DNA of 64,000 nucleotides. Source: a virus. Its lineage: Duplodnaviria > Caudoviricetes. Position 1 is the stretch's first letter; the number at the start of each line of letters is the position of its first letter. The DNA lies in the IMG/VR virus record IMGVR_UViG_3300033463_000027, positions 1-64,000 of that record, one strand, 5' to 3'. Both the position numbers and the translations under genes were made by a program. Positions 18,088 through 28,918 of this stretch are shown here, piece after piece. The notes beneath the pieces are model-generated. The model saw only the letters and a list, made by a program, of their open reading frames with translations. It was not told the DNA's origin and made no database searches.

Positions 18088-18468
18088 TCATTCCTCCTTC
18101 TTGTTTTCTTTTAAAATTTCTCTAAGAGTTTTCAGCGAATTATTAATCTCCGCATCAATAAATGCAATCACTTCTTCCTGACTTGCCGCTTTAGAGAGTA
18201 TCGGGTACTTATCATATATCTCTGCAATTACCTTTGACCTCTTAATGCTACCCGATTTATTCCATTCCTCGAAGTCAATTTCAGCTTCGGTAATCATCTT
18301 TAGCATGATTTCTTTAATCAGCTTCTTAGCAGTCTCAATTTTTTCTGCGTTATCAAGGGCAAGATACTTGCTTACCAATCTGCTTATTGAAATCAATGTG
18401 CCAGTAAGCACAAGTAGCATTACCCAATTCTCTGACAGAAAACCAATAAATCTTTCAATTCCCGTCAT
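18088..18468 (-). CDS. putative holin
   Basis: N-terminal TM; directly upstream of the endolysin. Confidence 0.6.
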   Translation of the reverse strand: MTGIERFIGFLSENWVMLLVLTGTLISISRLVSKYLALDNAEKIETAKKLIKEIMLKMITEAEIDFEEWNKSGSIKRSKVIAEIYDKYPILSKAASQEEVIAFIDAEINNSLKTLREILKENKKEE

Positions 18469-18853
18469 TTATATTCACCTCTTCAAAGCCACTTCCTTCT
18501 AAGTCACCACTACCATTAACGGTTGTTTCATAAACAACACCGCCTACGCAATTCTCTTTCGCTGCCTTGTGATAATATCCAAGTACAGACGGAACTAATG
18601 TAACTGGGACTCCTATCAACGTATACAGCGCACTTGTGTCTCCTGTTTTTATCATAGCGAACTCAGAAAAAAGAACTATTTCGATACAAATTAAAATGAC
18701 CGTCCACAAGATCAGTTTACTTGTAGACGGTGCTTTTGCTTTGGTTTTATATTCATTTTGTTCTGCTTGTAGCTTGTATTTTTCTTCTAAATACTTATTT
18801 CTTTTTTGTAGATTTTCAAGTCTTTTTTCATACTTACCTTTCATTATCGCCAC
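18455..18853 (-). CDS. two-TM membrane protein (holin-like)
   Basis: Two hydrophobic segments then YYHKAAKEN. Confidence 0.6.
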   Translation of the reverse strand: MAIMKGKYEKRLENLQKRNKYLEEKYKLQAEQNEYKTKAKAPSTSKLILWTVILICIEIVLFSEFAMIKTGDTSALYTLIGVPVTLVPSVLGYYHKAAKENCVGGVVYETTVNGSGDLEGSGFEEVNINDGN

Positions 18854-18865
18854 CTACTTTTAAAA

Positions 18866-19987
18866 TTAAACTATCGTGCTTGTTTGAGTGACTATCCATT
18901 TTTGCGATGGCACATTGTTGGGAATACGTATCAATGCAAGAGGATTATTCCTGATTGATGCAAAAGCCATACTGCCATATCTACCAGAAGGATCTGTAGG
19001 ACAATAACGTTGCCATTGACCATCATTACAGACAACGGGACGCATGGTTATATTAATTCCGTTAATGCCATGTGATTCATTTCCAAAATCAGTATTCCAC
19101 ATTGTAGAACGATCAAATCCAGCAATCGAACTTTCTAATATAAAAGCAACACTATCGTTTGAATATCCACCCGGATAAGTATGGCACACTCGGGTATTTG
19201 AATTTGAATCTGTCTCGATTATTTGATACTTTAAAGATGCTGGATTAAGCTGAATTGAATAATTATATTCTTCTATATGTGCCTGATTATTATTTATTAT
19301 TATAAATGGCAATGTAATGTTGTCATAATGTGTTGCATTATATATATTAAATAGTCGATCCCTACCTTTTGGAACAACCTCTGCGGGATCATTGGTTAAA
19401 GAAACAACAACGTTATTAAATAAAGTTATTGTATAATACCATACCATGTGATAAAAAGCTGCGAAAGTAATACCCTGTTCCCAAGCTTCGGGACTATAAA
19501 CATACCTATCAAACACAAATGTTCCATATAAAAAAGAAATTCTTTCGCTTTGACCTATTTGTTCATTTACCGAATAACTATAATTATTTGATTCGGTATT
19601 AGCAGTTTTTGTAAACTGATAGGAATTAACAACCTTTGTCTGTACGTTTATCGGAGGTGTGATTGTTTCTCCACCTTCTGCGCCAAATGATGATAACCCT
19701 ACCTTTAAAGCAATATATCCATCAGTGATGCTATTCCAATAATGAACCCAAACATGATCTCCTTCTAAAAGCGTGTCTTGGGATTTATTAATTAATACCA
19801 CGCATACTTCATCATTCTCGTTATTTATATAGGTAACTTTAAATTTAGTATTATTACTATTCTCAACAGCTCCAATAACAACCGCATTAATTCTTTTTAA
19901 TCTCGTCTTTCCACGAAGATGACGATATATAATATTATACAAAGTATTCAATGCATAATCACCTCTTTTAATACGGTGCAGATTCAA
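18866..19987 (-). CDS. baseplate/tail-tip protein, paralogue 3
   Basis: LINKSQDTLLEGDHVWVHYWNSITDGYIALKVG shared motif. Confidence 0.7.
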   Translation of the reverse strand: MNLHRIKRGDYALNTLYNIIYRHLRGKTRLKRINAVVIGAVENSNNTKFKVTYINNENDEVCVVLINKSQDTLLEGDHVWVHYWNSITDGYIALKVGLSSFGAEGGETITPPINVQTKVVNSYQFTKTANTESNNYSYSVNEQIGQSERISFLYGTFVFDRYVYSPEAWEQGITFAAFYHMVWYYTITLFNNVVVSLTNDPAEVVPKGRDRLFNIYNATHYDNITLPFIIINNNQAHIEEYNYSIQLNPASLKYQIIETDSNSNTRVCHTYPGGYSNDSVAFILESSIAGFDRSTMWNTDFGNESHGINGINITMRPVVCNDGQWQRYCPTDPSGRYGSMAFASIRNNPLALIRIPNNVPSQKWIVTQTSTIV

Positions 19988-21248
19988 TTCTGCTCAAAGT
20001 TTGACGCACGTATTCTCTTTCATCATGCGAAGAGAAAATCGGTGCAAACCCTCCGTTGTTTTGTGAATTACCATCACAGCTACAAACCAAATATTGTTCT
20101 CCTGCAATGTAAGGCACTTCTGAAGAATCTCCTAACGATGGGTCTGGTGTTAATAGTTTTCCTTTAACAAAACTTTTATATACCCATTTACCTACCAAAT
20201 AGCCATAAGGCACCGACATGGCTGATTCATCTGTACCATTCAAGTATACCTTATCATATACATAAATAAATCCCCCATTTAAAGCATCTGCGTAATTTGT
20301 AAATGCTACATCTCCCGGTGTATAATATTCAGATGGCGACATTTCCCAAGCCGCACGGACTGCTCCCGAATCCCCCCACTTCATCATTGAATACAAATGC
20401 GAATCCGAACCTATAATATTATACATCATAGTGGCACGACAAGATTCCCCCGATGTAAAAGTATTATAATATGTATTAAAATTATTATAATTTTGAGCAA
20501 AATTATCAGCCCACAATGTGTCCGGGATACCCCCCCGTATATCATACACTCCAAAATGAATATCGACTTTTTTATAATTAGTATTATCTTTATTTCCTAT
20601 ATAAATCCCTTGTATATCTTTTATAAACAAACTATCATCTAAATCAATAATAAATTGTATGAAATTATTTATAGATGTTGTCCAACCAGTATTCGGTTTT
20701 ACAGGCGAAGCATATATTTGTGGCAAATTAGATACACGGGGATAATAAACCGCAGGACACCCACAAACATATATTACATTGGGTGTATTATCGCAAGCTC
20801 TGGTAACTTTATTTTTTATTTCAAAAGACGACACCGTTTGAGACATTTGCCTTATAGCATTACTTTTGTTAGTAATTGTCATCGCTCTCTCTAATCCAAT
20901 TTTATGACTAATACTTTCTGTTGGTTTGCCAATTTTAATTGCAACATAACCATCAGTTATTGTTCTCCAATAATATATCCATACAGCATCGCCGATTTTG
21001 AGCCTTTGTTTAGTTTTGTTTAATAATGTTAGCCAATTTTTTTCATCGGGATCGTTCTCAATCTCAGTTTCGGTTAAATCATCATCTACAATATTGCGTA
21101 TCTTAACCTTCACTTTGGCACTATCTGTATCGGGAATTAGTTTTTTTATAACGCCATATTGTCGCTTGATGTTTTCAATATTCTCAAAAGTGCAATCAAC
21201 AAGAGAGTCAAAGCACGACAAAACGTCCGACACAAATATCACCTCCAT
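19968..21248 (-). CDS. baseplate/tail-tip protein, paralogue 2
   Basis: LLNKTKQRLKIGDAVWIYYWRTITDGYVAIKIG shared motif. Confidence 0.7.
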   Translation of the reverse strand: MEVIFVSDVLSCFDSLVDCTFENIENIKRQYGVIKKLIPDTDSAKVKVKIRNIVDDDLTETEIENDPDEKNWLTLLNKTKQRLKIGDAVWIYYWRTITDGYVAIKIGKPTESISHKIGLERAMTITNKSNAIRQMSQTVSSFEIKNKVTRACDNTPNVIYVCGCPAVYYPRVSNLPQIYASPVKPNTGWTTSINNFIQFIIDLDDSLFIKDIQGIYIGNKDNTNYKKVDIHFGVYDIRGGIPDTLWADNFAQNYNNFNTYYNTFTSGESCRATMMYNIIGSDSHLYSMMKWGDSGAVRAAWEMSPSEYYTPGDVAFTNYADALNGGFIYVYDKVYLNGTDESAMSVPYGYLVGKWVYKSFVKGKLLTPDPSLGDSSEVPYIAGEQYLVCSCDGNSQNNGGFAPIFSSHDEREYVRQTLSRIESAPY

Positions 21249-22352
21249 TTATTCTTCAATTGGTTGGAAATCACAAGAACTTAATACACATTGAGCATAT
21301 TCATATTCTGCTTCATTTTGAAAACCGAAATTTTGATTGAGCCAATATGTCCAATAAGCATTCCAAGTATTATATATTAAACACCCTGTATTGACATATC
21401 CATAAGGAAAGGTGCTATTTGGACTATGAACGTTATTCTTATCCCATATTATTAATATAAAACCAAGGTTTTCAAAAGCGGCGTTTGGATATGAGAACCA
21501 CTGATTGTTGTCTAATATAGTATTCTCAACACCATCTTGTTCAACCATAACACTAAAAAATGCCGCTTGTTCATCATCGCGAGTTTCAAGACATCTCATA
21601 GCAAGAAATAATTTAGAATCTCTGTTGGGGTCGAGAGAATATGTTGATGTAGATATTCCTCCCGAAGAAGTAAATTCGCATTTTGTAACATTACGTGCAG
21701 CACGTACATTCATTTCATGAGTGAAAAAGTTAGGATTAACCAATCCTATATCATTGGACACATCAGACCCCGAACGCATTATTAAAATTGGATTGCCGTT
21801 GGCGAAGATTGTGTTATAACCGTGAGCTTCTTCGCCTTGTGTAATCTTAATTCCTGTTGATTTATCTACATTCATCAATCTACTGTCATAATTTTCCCTC
21901 CACTTAGTATTTTCGTAGTCACTACCCCACTCACTTGAAGAATCGTATTTTTTGGCATGAGCATATAAATCTCCTTGCACAGTTGTTAATACGGCAAGAT
22001 TTTGTACAGTTAAATCACATGAATTATTTTGAGAGATTCCATTTTTAATTGCGATGTAGCCACTTGTAACGGTAGTCCAGTAATGAATCCAAACAGAATC
22101 TCCGTTTTTTAGTTCTTCTCCTGTCATGTTTAATAGAGTCACATCGCCATTTTCGGCTTTAACATTATCCTCTTCCTCGGGCGGTCTATTCTTGTATTCT
22201 TTTTGCAATCCAAGCATATCATCATTTTCAATGGTCACGATTGCCTTTTCATACGATAACACTTTTTTTATTATTCCATATTTGCGTTTTAACACTTCGT
22301 ATGTTTTATAGTGATTATCTATTAATTGATGTAGTACTTCAAGACCTGTCAT
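21249..22352 (-). CDS. baseplate/tail-tip protein, paralogue 1
   Basis: LLNMTGEELKNGDSVWIHYWTTVTSGYIAIKNG shared motif. Confidence 0.7.
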   Translation of the reverse strand: MTGLEVLHQLIDNHYKTYEVLKRKYGIIKKVLSYEKAIVTIENDDMLGLQKEYKNRPPEEEDNVKAENGDVTLLNMTGEELKNGDSVWIHYWTTVTSGYIAIKNGISQNNSCDLTVQNLAVLTTVQGDLYAHAKKYDSSSEWGSDYENTKWRENYDSRLMNVDKSTGIKITQGEEAHGYNTIFANGNPILIMRSGSDVSNDIGLVNPNFFTHEMNVRAARNVTKCEFTSSGGISTSTYSLDPNRDSKLFLAMRCLETRDDEQAAFFSVMVEQDGVENTILDNNQWFSYPNAAFENLGFILIIWDKNNVHSPNSTFPYGYVNTGCLIYNTWNAYWTYWLNQNFGFQNEAEYEYAQCVLSSCDFQPIEE

Positions 22353-25300
22353 GTAATCACCTCAAATGGAATATTATTAGCTGTAGCAAATGCCTGAACG
22401 TTTCCGTTAGCTACACCATGAATCTTGAAATTGGCGTTGTTATTCTCAAATAACTTACCATAACTTGTATTTGTTACAGTAAAATTATCATCATAGAAAT
22501 ATACATCAGTAAGATAATTGTTGTTACAAATAAACTGTAACCCATTTAGAACATTTCCACAGTCAATTGTTACCGCTCCGTAAAAACGAATTGCCGTACA
22601 ATTATTTCCTGTAACAAAATTCATAGTTTCATCAGCTATCATTTCTGAACAATCAATTTCAACATTGTTTCTAAAATCAATAGATTCAAGAGAAGTATTT
22701 GAGATTATAAAGTTGCCATTATATCTAAGTTTCACTTCGGCTTTTATATTTACATTTGTTAAGTTAGTCGCTTGCATAAAAGTGCTTTCATAAACATAAA
22801 TATAATCTCCGTCAAGAGAAAATGTGGTATTATAGAATTGAGAATATGAAAGGAATATACTTCCGTTACATAGCTTTACGTCACCACTAACTTCCAATTG
22901 CCTTACCGAACTAAAAAGAGCTTTTGAATTTTCAAAATATACATTAGCTAATGCAACTTCGATGTAATTTTTCCAATAATCTCCCGCAAATGATACAACA
23001 TTGTATAATTCTAAACCACCCTTAAATCTATATTCAGATTCCGCATTACCTATATTAATTAAAGTAATATAAGTATTATTGATGTTAGGGTGATAAACCG
23101 TAAACAAACATTGACCTTGTGAAGCAGAATTATCAATTTTGATTCCTTTTGCAAAATCAACGTTAGGGATTCTTATGCTACTGGCAGATGGGTATAAAAT
23201 ATAGGAATCGCTGTTTCCCGTAGTGATCGTAACATTGTTTTTAGCAGACACTTTTTGCATAGTATACCCTACTAAGAAAGCATTCGTATTACTCATATCA
23301 AAAGATAAATTGTAATCATTGTTAAATTCAAATTCTTTTAAACCTGTTGGGGTATGAGAAGAAAGTGTAACATTCTTTACATATTTAGGGAGGACTATCG
23401 TTTCTAAATATGAGTCACCAAATGTATCAATGTCAAGTGATTCAACAGCGTTTGGATATTTAAGATAAGTTACTTTTCCGTTACCAATTCCATTATTTAA
23501 CAACGTAGTAAGCACACCATTTAATGTCATAACAGTATTATCAACTATTGGTACACAGCCATACTTGATTGTTGGAGTACCCTCAATCGTAGGTGATACC
23601 ACCGTTGTGGGTTCATAATCTCTACCCCAATAATAATATTTTTTGTCCCCGACTATAAGAAACATAGATGAATACACATCGGTAGACTGATCTGTTATCT
23701 TTGACATTGAAACAACTCCGCTACTAATTTGAGTAGTTCGCAGTTCTAATACATAATCTTCATAATTCGCCCAATTTGCCATCAACACGAAACTTTGATT
23801 AGGCACAAGATACTCTGTCTCCAATTCATAAGTACCACCATTAATATTATCAGTCCAACCTACAAGTTCATGATCTTCTTTGCTAAACTGTATAACATGA
23901 GTATTTTCATCAATATCTGTTGCTGTAATAAAGTTCTCACCGATCTCAATAAGTTGATTTGTAGGCGGTACTCCCGTTACCTCGCCTACGGAATAAACAA
24001 TACTGAACTTAATAGGAGAATTTGGTAATGCTGAATATTGTGTTTGCGATGAAATATCAGAATTAAGAAATCCAAGATTAGATACTTCAAGCTGTATGGA
24101 ATCCGCTCCGAGAGGGAATGTTATGGAATTGATAATATACAAATCACAATCTAACGCAAAATCAGGGTCGGTAATTGCAATAACATCTCCCTCATTCAAA
24201 TGAAGATAGGGAGAGCAACTAAAACTAATACTGGTAGCAAGGCAAGTTTCTTGCATTAATCTATATTCAGCGTAATCTCTACAACGTTTAATTACAAGTT
24301 CTTCTGCTTCGCCTTGCAATGTTGGGTCTTGTTCAATCTCTTCGTTTGTCACGATATTTCCCGCGTTTATAATAACAACCCCTCCATTTTCAGGAAGGGT
24401 TCTTGCTCCAATCTTATTATAGCAAAGAGGTGAACGTGGATTTTTATTTATTGCTGTGTAACTTCCATTGGGAGTTTCAACATTGTCGGTAGCAACGATA
24501 ATTTTATTGACACCTGTAAGTTTAATTGATTCTTGTGGATTTTGATAACCGGGCAAATGATACTTTACTTCAATTGCGGGTGCTCTAAAACCTATCCAAT
24601 ACGGGAAATCATCTGAAAACGATCTTCGCAAAACAAGTCTGCCTACGTTATCATAGAATATTTCTGCCCCATAGCTTGTTGCAAGCTCATTTAAGAAATC
24701 TCCATAGTATTGTCCTGCGCTCAATGTAAACTCTTTATAAAGATAAATAGAGTTCAAGCTATCATCGTCAATCATCGGATCAATGGGGTCTAATACCATT
24801 CCATTTCCCATGTCTAACGAGAGAATATCCCTTATTACCTCTTTAATTTTTGCACCATACTCAAATACCGTATTCATTTCATCGGCTTGCAATACATTTA
24901 AAGTGCCGTCAAGTTGAGCATATTTGTCAATACCAGAGATTGACACCGTATGAGCTGTACTATCGACATGAATATCCTGAGTTATATAGACACCCTTACT
25001 AAACCAATAAGTATCAGTCTCGTTAGTCCAGTGTACATTAGCATCATTCTGTTTATAGTGGCGATTATCGACCAAACCTATATACAATCTGAATTTTCTG
25101 TTAAACCAAAACGGCGAATCCTCAGTTGGAATATATTTTAAGTCTACATTAATCAAGGTTATTGAACATGATTTCCGAGTGCCTTGTGAGTTATTGCAAG
25201 TAATACTACCAGCATTCCCATAATCTATGTCCTGCTCTATACAAGCAACGGTATTTTCATAATGGTCAAGCAATTCTAATTTAACACGCCATAAAAACAT

Positions 25301-25354
25301 AGAGTGTTTTATGAGATTAAGATATTGACTATCAGCCCTGTCATAAAATTCCAA
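22349..25354 (-). CDS. baseplate hub / Tal-like tail protein with a repeat-rich C-terminus
   Basis: Position after the tape measure; EIFYDNVGRLV and PYLHLNEGDVIAI hub-like segments; ends IHGVANGNVQAFATANNIPF (BspA/LRR-like cap). Confidence 0.7.
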   Translation of the reverse strand: MEFYDRADSQYLNLIKHSMFLWRVKLELLDHYENTVACIEQDIDYGNAGSITCNNSQGTRKSCSITLINVDLKYIPTEDSPFWFNRKFRLYIGLVDNRHYKQNDANVHWTNETDTYWFSKGVYITQDIHVDSTAHTVSISGIDKYAQLDGTLNVLQADEMNTVFEYGAKIKEVIRDILSLDMGNGMVLDPIDPMIDDDSLNSIYLYKEFTLSAGQYYGDFLNELATSYGAEIFYDNVGRLVLRRSFSDDFPYWIGFRAPAIEVKYHLPGYQNPQESIKLTGVNKIIVATDNVETPNGSYTAINKNPRSPLCYNKIGARTLPENGGVVIINAGNIVTNEEIEQDPTLQGEAEELVIKRCRDYAEYRLMQETCLATSISFSCSPYLHLNEGDVIAITDPDFALDCDLYIINSITFPLGADSIQLEVSNLGFLNSDISSQTQYSALPNSPIKFSIVYSVGEVTGVPPTNQLIEIGENFITATDIDENTHVIQFSKEDHELVGWTDNINGGTYELETEYLVPNQSFVLMANWANYEDYVLELRTTQISSGVVSMSKITDQSTDVYSSMFLIVGDKKYYYWGRDYEPTTVVSPTIEGTPTIKYGCVPIVDNTVMTLNGVLTTLLNNGIGNGKVTYLKYPNAVESLDIDTFGDSYLETIVLPKYVKNVTLSSHTPTGLKEFEFNNDYNLSFDMSNTNAFLVGYTMQKVSAKNNVTITTGNSDSYILYPSASSIRIPNVDFAKGIKIDNSASQGQCLFTVYHPNINNTYITLINIGNAESEYRFKGGLELYNVVSFAGDYWKNYIEVALANVYFENSKALFSSVRQLEVSGDVKLCNGSIFLSYSQFYNTTFSLDGDYIYVYESTFMQATNLTNVNIKAEVKLRYNGNFIISNTSLESIDFRNNVEIDCSEMIADETMNFVTGNNCTAIRFYGAVTIDCGNVLNGLQFICNNNYLTDVYFYDDNFTVTNTSYGKLFENNNANFKIHGVANGNVQAFATANNIPFEVIT

Positions 25355-25375
25355 ATCGTTCCACCTCTCTTCCTG

Positions 25376-27700
25376 TTAATATTCTACTATCTGTATGTTA
25401 TCCGGAGAATCAACTTCTGTCCATGAATAGCTAACTTTTGTTATAATATCATCAACCGATTCATCATAAGAACGCGAAGGATTATCAGAAATAGAAATAA
25501 TCCATACATCACCTTTATCAGACTTCAAAATGAATAAGCAGTCATCGGTTATGAATTTTAACCATTTATTTACTTTTTCAATATTATCATAAATCTTATC
25601 AGTCGCACATTCAAGAGTTACTAACTCTGTTGTAAAACTTCCAGTTTGGTATTTATTATTAGTCCCCGAAATGGTGGGGTAAGTTGAAGTTCCCACATGA
25701 ACATTACGCCCAAGATTAGAAACAATTTCTCCCGAATCAATAGCGGCATAGAATGTCCAAGTATCGCCAACTTTGTAAGGAGTTTTGGAACATACAAACT
25801 GTGAAATAGTTGACTTATATTCACCTTCATAATTAATAATATGTCCATCATCTGTCTTAACCGCATCTATCGGGTCACTAATATAATCGTTCTCACAAGG
25901 ATAGATCGCTGTAATAGACCACCCGTCCCATTTTGTAGATACTGCATTTTCAAACACATGAGCCTTATATTCTTCTGCGGGGTCGTAATCGTATTCGTGT
26001 AACGGGTCAAATCCGGGCGGTGTTCCACCCTCTGGATAAGGATCGACGAATTTAACTGTCTTTGCAATAAGATAATCATAGGTGGTGTTATTCGCAGCTA
26101 AGTAATCCGTAAAGGTGTTTCCATTGCGCATAAAACCAATGTAATCCCATTTGTCAACTATTACATCATCCATTGCTGTTGTCTTAGTTTTTCGATACAA
26201 CCCAAAAAATCTATCATCGTTTTTGATTGATTCCTTAAACGTAAGCTCGACAGTTTGCTTTGAAGGGTCACTCTCTATACTGTATTCATTATTGATCTGA
26301 CCATAATCGTAAACCAATTGCGGTTCAGGATAAATGATATTAACGCAAGTATCAGAAACTTGCTTTTCATAAGATGTAAGTATTGTCTCAATTTGGATTT
26401 TTTCTCCCATTACATAGAGAGGAAAGTTATAAGCCAACCTCCACGAATAGCAATCACCACTATCCGCTATTAATGTTCTTTCATTTAATTCCAAAGTATA
26501 GGGACTGCCTTCATCGGGATATTGTTCAAGTTCTCGCCTTAATGTAACAAGTCCAGTTGTATCATCATAATTGACAATTTCTCCCCAATCACCACTCGTC
26601 AGTCTACCGCTTTCACCTGACTTTCCAATAATAATTCTTTTATTCTTTAGATTTAAACCGGGATAAGAAGTAGTGAGGTTTTTTTGGATAGGTATATGCT
26701 TGTAATCACACCCTTTATTTTCTCCTGTTTCTTCATCTTCCCACGATAAGGTTACGCCATTAATATATTCAGGTGTTTCAGGGTCGTTGTCATCAATTAT
26801 CTTATAAACTCTAAATCTATACTTTTCTAATCCGATATTATCGGGGTGATTATACGCAGCAAGACACCTAAACGCTCCCGGAACTGGGTCTGCGTAAGAT
26901 GACGATTGTATTTTTTGACGAACATAAAAATCCCATACACCCTCACTCGAACTGCCCGATGACGAAATATAATTTCTGTATATCGTATAAGGCATACCCT
27001 GAACTAATGCGGGAATCATTACTTCTGTATTAACATATATTGGTGTAAGCGGAGTAAATAATGTTGCTACACCTGTTTCGGGGTTATAATCTGTTATCAT
27101 AGCCTGTTTTCCATAAATGTCTATATAATCACAGTATACTATATATGTATTAACATCGGGATATCGAGTATATCCATAAATTGGGTTTCCGTGTTCGTCA
27201 GTTCCAACTTGTCCATAATACTGAGGTTTGCTAATGTCTAAATATTGAGCGATAACAACACTTGTTTCAGAATTAACACCCAATAATTTGCCACTTGTTG
27301 CTTTAACATTTATATTAGGCACGTAAACGGTTTCCCCTTCGACTTCGCGAGGGAAAGCGCTGAATTGCCAGATATTCAAGCTGTAATGACCTCCGTATTC
27401 ATAGTTATATACATCGGCATTGAGTGACTTTTTTCTATTTACTCTAAATGATCGTTTTTCACCTCTATGCCCCGGATGGATTACCTCGTCATCATCTGTC
27501 CCACCTTTACGCCAATGATGTATAATTTTTTCTACGGGAAAATTAGTGTTAATGTTATACGTATCATATTGAACAAAGGTCAGGCTATCAGTATTATTTG
27601 TAAACGAAAACCATGCTTCGTTGTCATCATTAAACACCACTACTTGCCCGTTCTTGGGATAAACATTTGTTGGTGTCGCAAATGAACTTCTTCCCGACAT
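25376..27700 (-). CDS. large tail (distal-tail-like) protein
   Basis: Position; C-terminal FILKSDKGDVWII...VSYSWTEV; start MSGRSS after an RBS. Confidence 0.65.
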   Translation of the reverse strand: MSGRSSFATPTNVYPKNGQVVVFNDDNEAWFSFTNNTDSLTFVQYDTYNINTNFPVEKIIHHWRKGGTDDDEVIHPGHRGEKRSFRVNRKKSLNADVYNYEYGGHYSLNIWQFSAFPREVEGETVYVPNINVKATSGKLLGVNSETSVVIAQYLDISKPQYYGQVGTDEHGNPIYGYTRYPDVNTYIVYCDYIDIYGKQAMITDYNPETGVATLFTPLTPIYVNTEVMIPALVQGMPYTIYRNYISSSGSSSEGVWDFYVRQKIQSSSYADPVPGAFRCLAAYNHPDNIGLEKYRFRVYKIIDDNDPETPEYINGVTLSWEDEETGENKGCDYKHIPIQKNLTTSYPGLNLKNKRIIIGKSGESGRLTSGDWGEIVNYDDTTGLVTLRRELEQYPDEGSPYTLELNERTLIADSGDCYSWRLAYNFPLYVMGEKIQIETILTSYEKQVSDTCVNIIYPEPQLVYDYGQINNEYSIESDPSKQTVELTFKESIKNDDRFFGLYRKTKTTAMDDVIVDKWDYIGFMRNGNTFTDYLAANNTTYDYLIAKTVKFVDPYPEGGTPPGFDPLHEYDYDPAEEYKAHVFENAVSTKWDGWSITAIYPCENDYISDPIDAVKTDDGHIINYEGEYKSTISQFVCSKTPYKVGDTWTFYAAIDSGEIVSNLGRNVHVGTSTYPTISGTNNKYQTGSFTTELVTLECATDKIYDNIEKVNKWLKFITDDCLFILKSDKGDVWIISISDNPSRSYDESVDDIITKVSYSWTEVDSPDNIQIVEY

Positions 27701-27756
27701 ACTATCACTTCCTTTCATAAAAATCTGCAATAACACTAAAGTGCAGAAAATAATAA

Positions 27757-27834
27757 AAGACCCCAAAGCTGTGACACTTTGAGGTCTTAGTTACAATATG
27801 TAGTAATGCGCAGTACGCATATGCTATATATTGT
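27757..27834. other. two adjacent intergenic hairpins
   Basis: AAGACCCCAAAG-CTGTGACA-CTTTGAGGTCTT and ACAATATGTAGTA-ATGCG-CAGTA-CGCAT-ATGCTATATATTGT. Confidence 0.55.
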
Positions 27835-27948
27835 GGTTAAGATAAATTTAAAACTTTTAAATCATTTCTTTGGACATCACGGTTTTTTAAATCTGTGAAT
27901 GAAATCTTTAATGTTTCTTCCATACGGTTATCCTTCCGTTATTTTCGT

Positions 27949-28137
27949 TCAGTTTTCATATAGGATGATTATAGTAGGTTCTTTCTTTTGTTGAGTTTGA
28001 TTCAACTGACCATTTTGCTTATTAAGAGCAAAAAAAGCTTTACGTCTCCTATTTCCCAACCGTCTCTCTTTTAATGCTTGTTGTCTTGAATTAACTCTTT
28101 TTGGCATCTTTTTATTTGCCATACTTGATAGTGACAT
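27949..28137 (-). CDS. small basic hypothetical protein
   Basis: GAGG RBS; K/R-rich. Confidence 0.5.
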   Translation of the reverse strand: MSLSSMANKKMPKRVNSRQQALKERRLGNRRRKAFFALNKQNGQLNQTQQKKEPTIIILYEN

Positions 28138-28187
28138 TTTTATAACACCTCACAATGCTTTAAATTATTTTATTTTAATGTATCATT

Positions 28188-28802
28188 TCACAACGAGATA
28201 TTCTTTGCACCGTATTCATCAAGTGCAATCACATTTACATATCCACCCACACCATAGTTCTTTTCATCTTTATGTTTGTCCATGATTTCATGCGTGGCTT
28301 TTATACATTGTCTTGCAAACTTATCAACAGTCAACAAGGGGAGTGCGCTTACTACGTTACTTATATCTGCTCTTGCTCGACCCTCGCCTACAATTGCGTA
28401 TCTTGATGAAGTGAATAGAGAATTAATTCCGACTCTACTAATTTCAAACAAAGCTATATGTGGCTGTCCATTCTCATAGTAACCAAACACAATATTTGTT
28501 TCTAAGTTATCTGCCTTGATGGTCTGCAAATATAAGCAAATAGTATAAAGAAGATTCTCAATTCCAAATTCAACCTTAACAAACGTGTTATCAAAACGTT
28601 CATTCAGAATGTGAATTATTTCCTTATCACCAACTGTTCCTGCTCCTGCGACACCGACAAGTAGATTAAGACCATTCACATTTTTGATTATAGTGGACTT
28701 GTAAATCTCGTCACTGACTACTTCTTTGTTTTCGTCAAGCACTCTGGAATCTGTTACACAACAGATTCCATCTGCACATATACCCATTGTTACAATAGAC
28801 AC
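28188..28802 (-). CDS. Ntn-hydrolase / proteasome-beta-like protein
   Basis: GGAG-N9-GTG start gives (M)SIVTMGICADGICCVTDSR; also VGVAG, YAIVGEG and C-terminal GVGGYVNV. Confidence 0.6.
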   Translation of the reverse strand: MSIVTMGICADGICCVTDSRVLDENKEVVSDEIYKSTIIKNVNGLNLLVGVAGAGTVGDKEIIHILNERFDNTFVKVEFGIENLLYTICLYLQTIKADNLETNIVFGYYENGQPHIALFEISRVGINSLFTSSRYAIVGEGRARADISNVVSALPLLTVDKFARQCIKATHEIMDKHKDEKNYGVGGYVNVIALDEYGAKNISL

Positions 28803-28918
28803 ATCAACAATCTCCTTCTTGGGATAGTTTTCAATATCTACATTATACATAAATTCACTTCCTTTGTCAATAGAATAGAAAACACAAGAGGGGAGTTGCA
28901 CCCCTCCTGCGCTAATAT

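Noticed and set aside
10467-22352. Additional DGR target genes
   Set aside because: No second VR-like copy was found by eye in the other tail genes; a computed alignment would be needed to exclude remote targets
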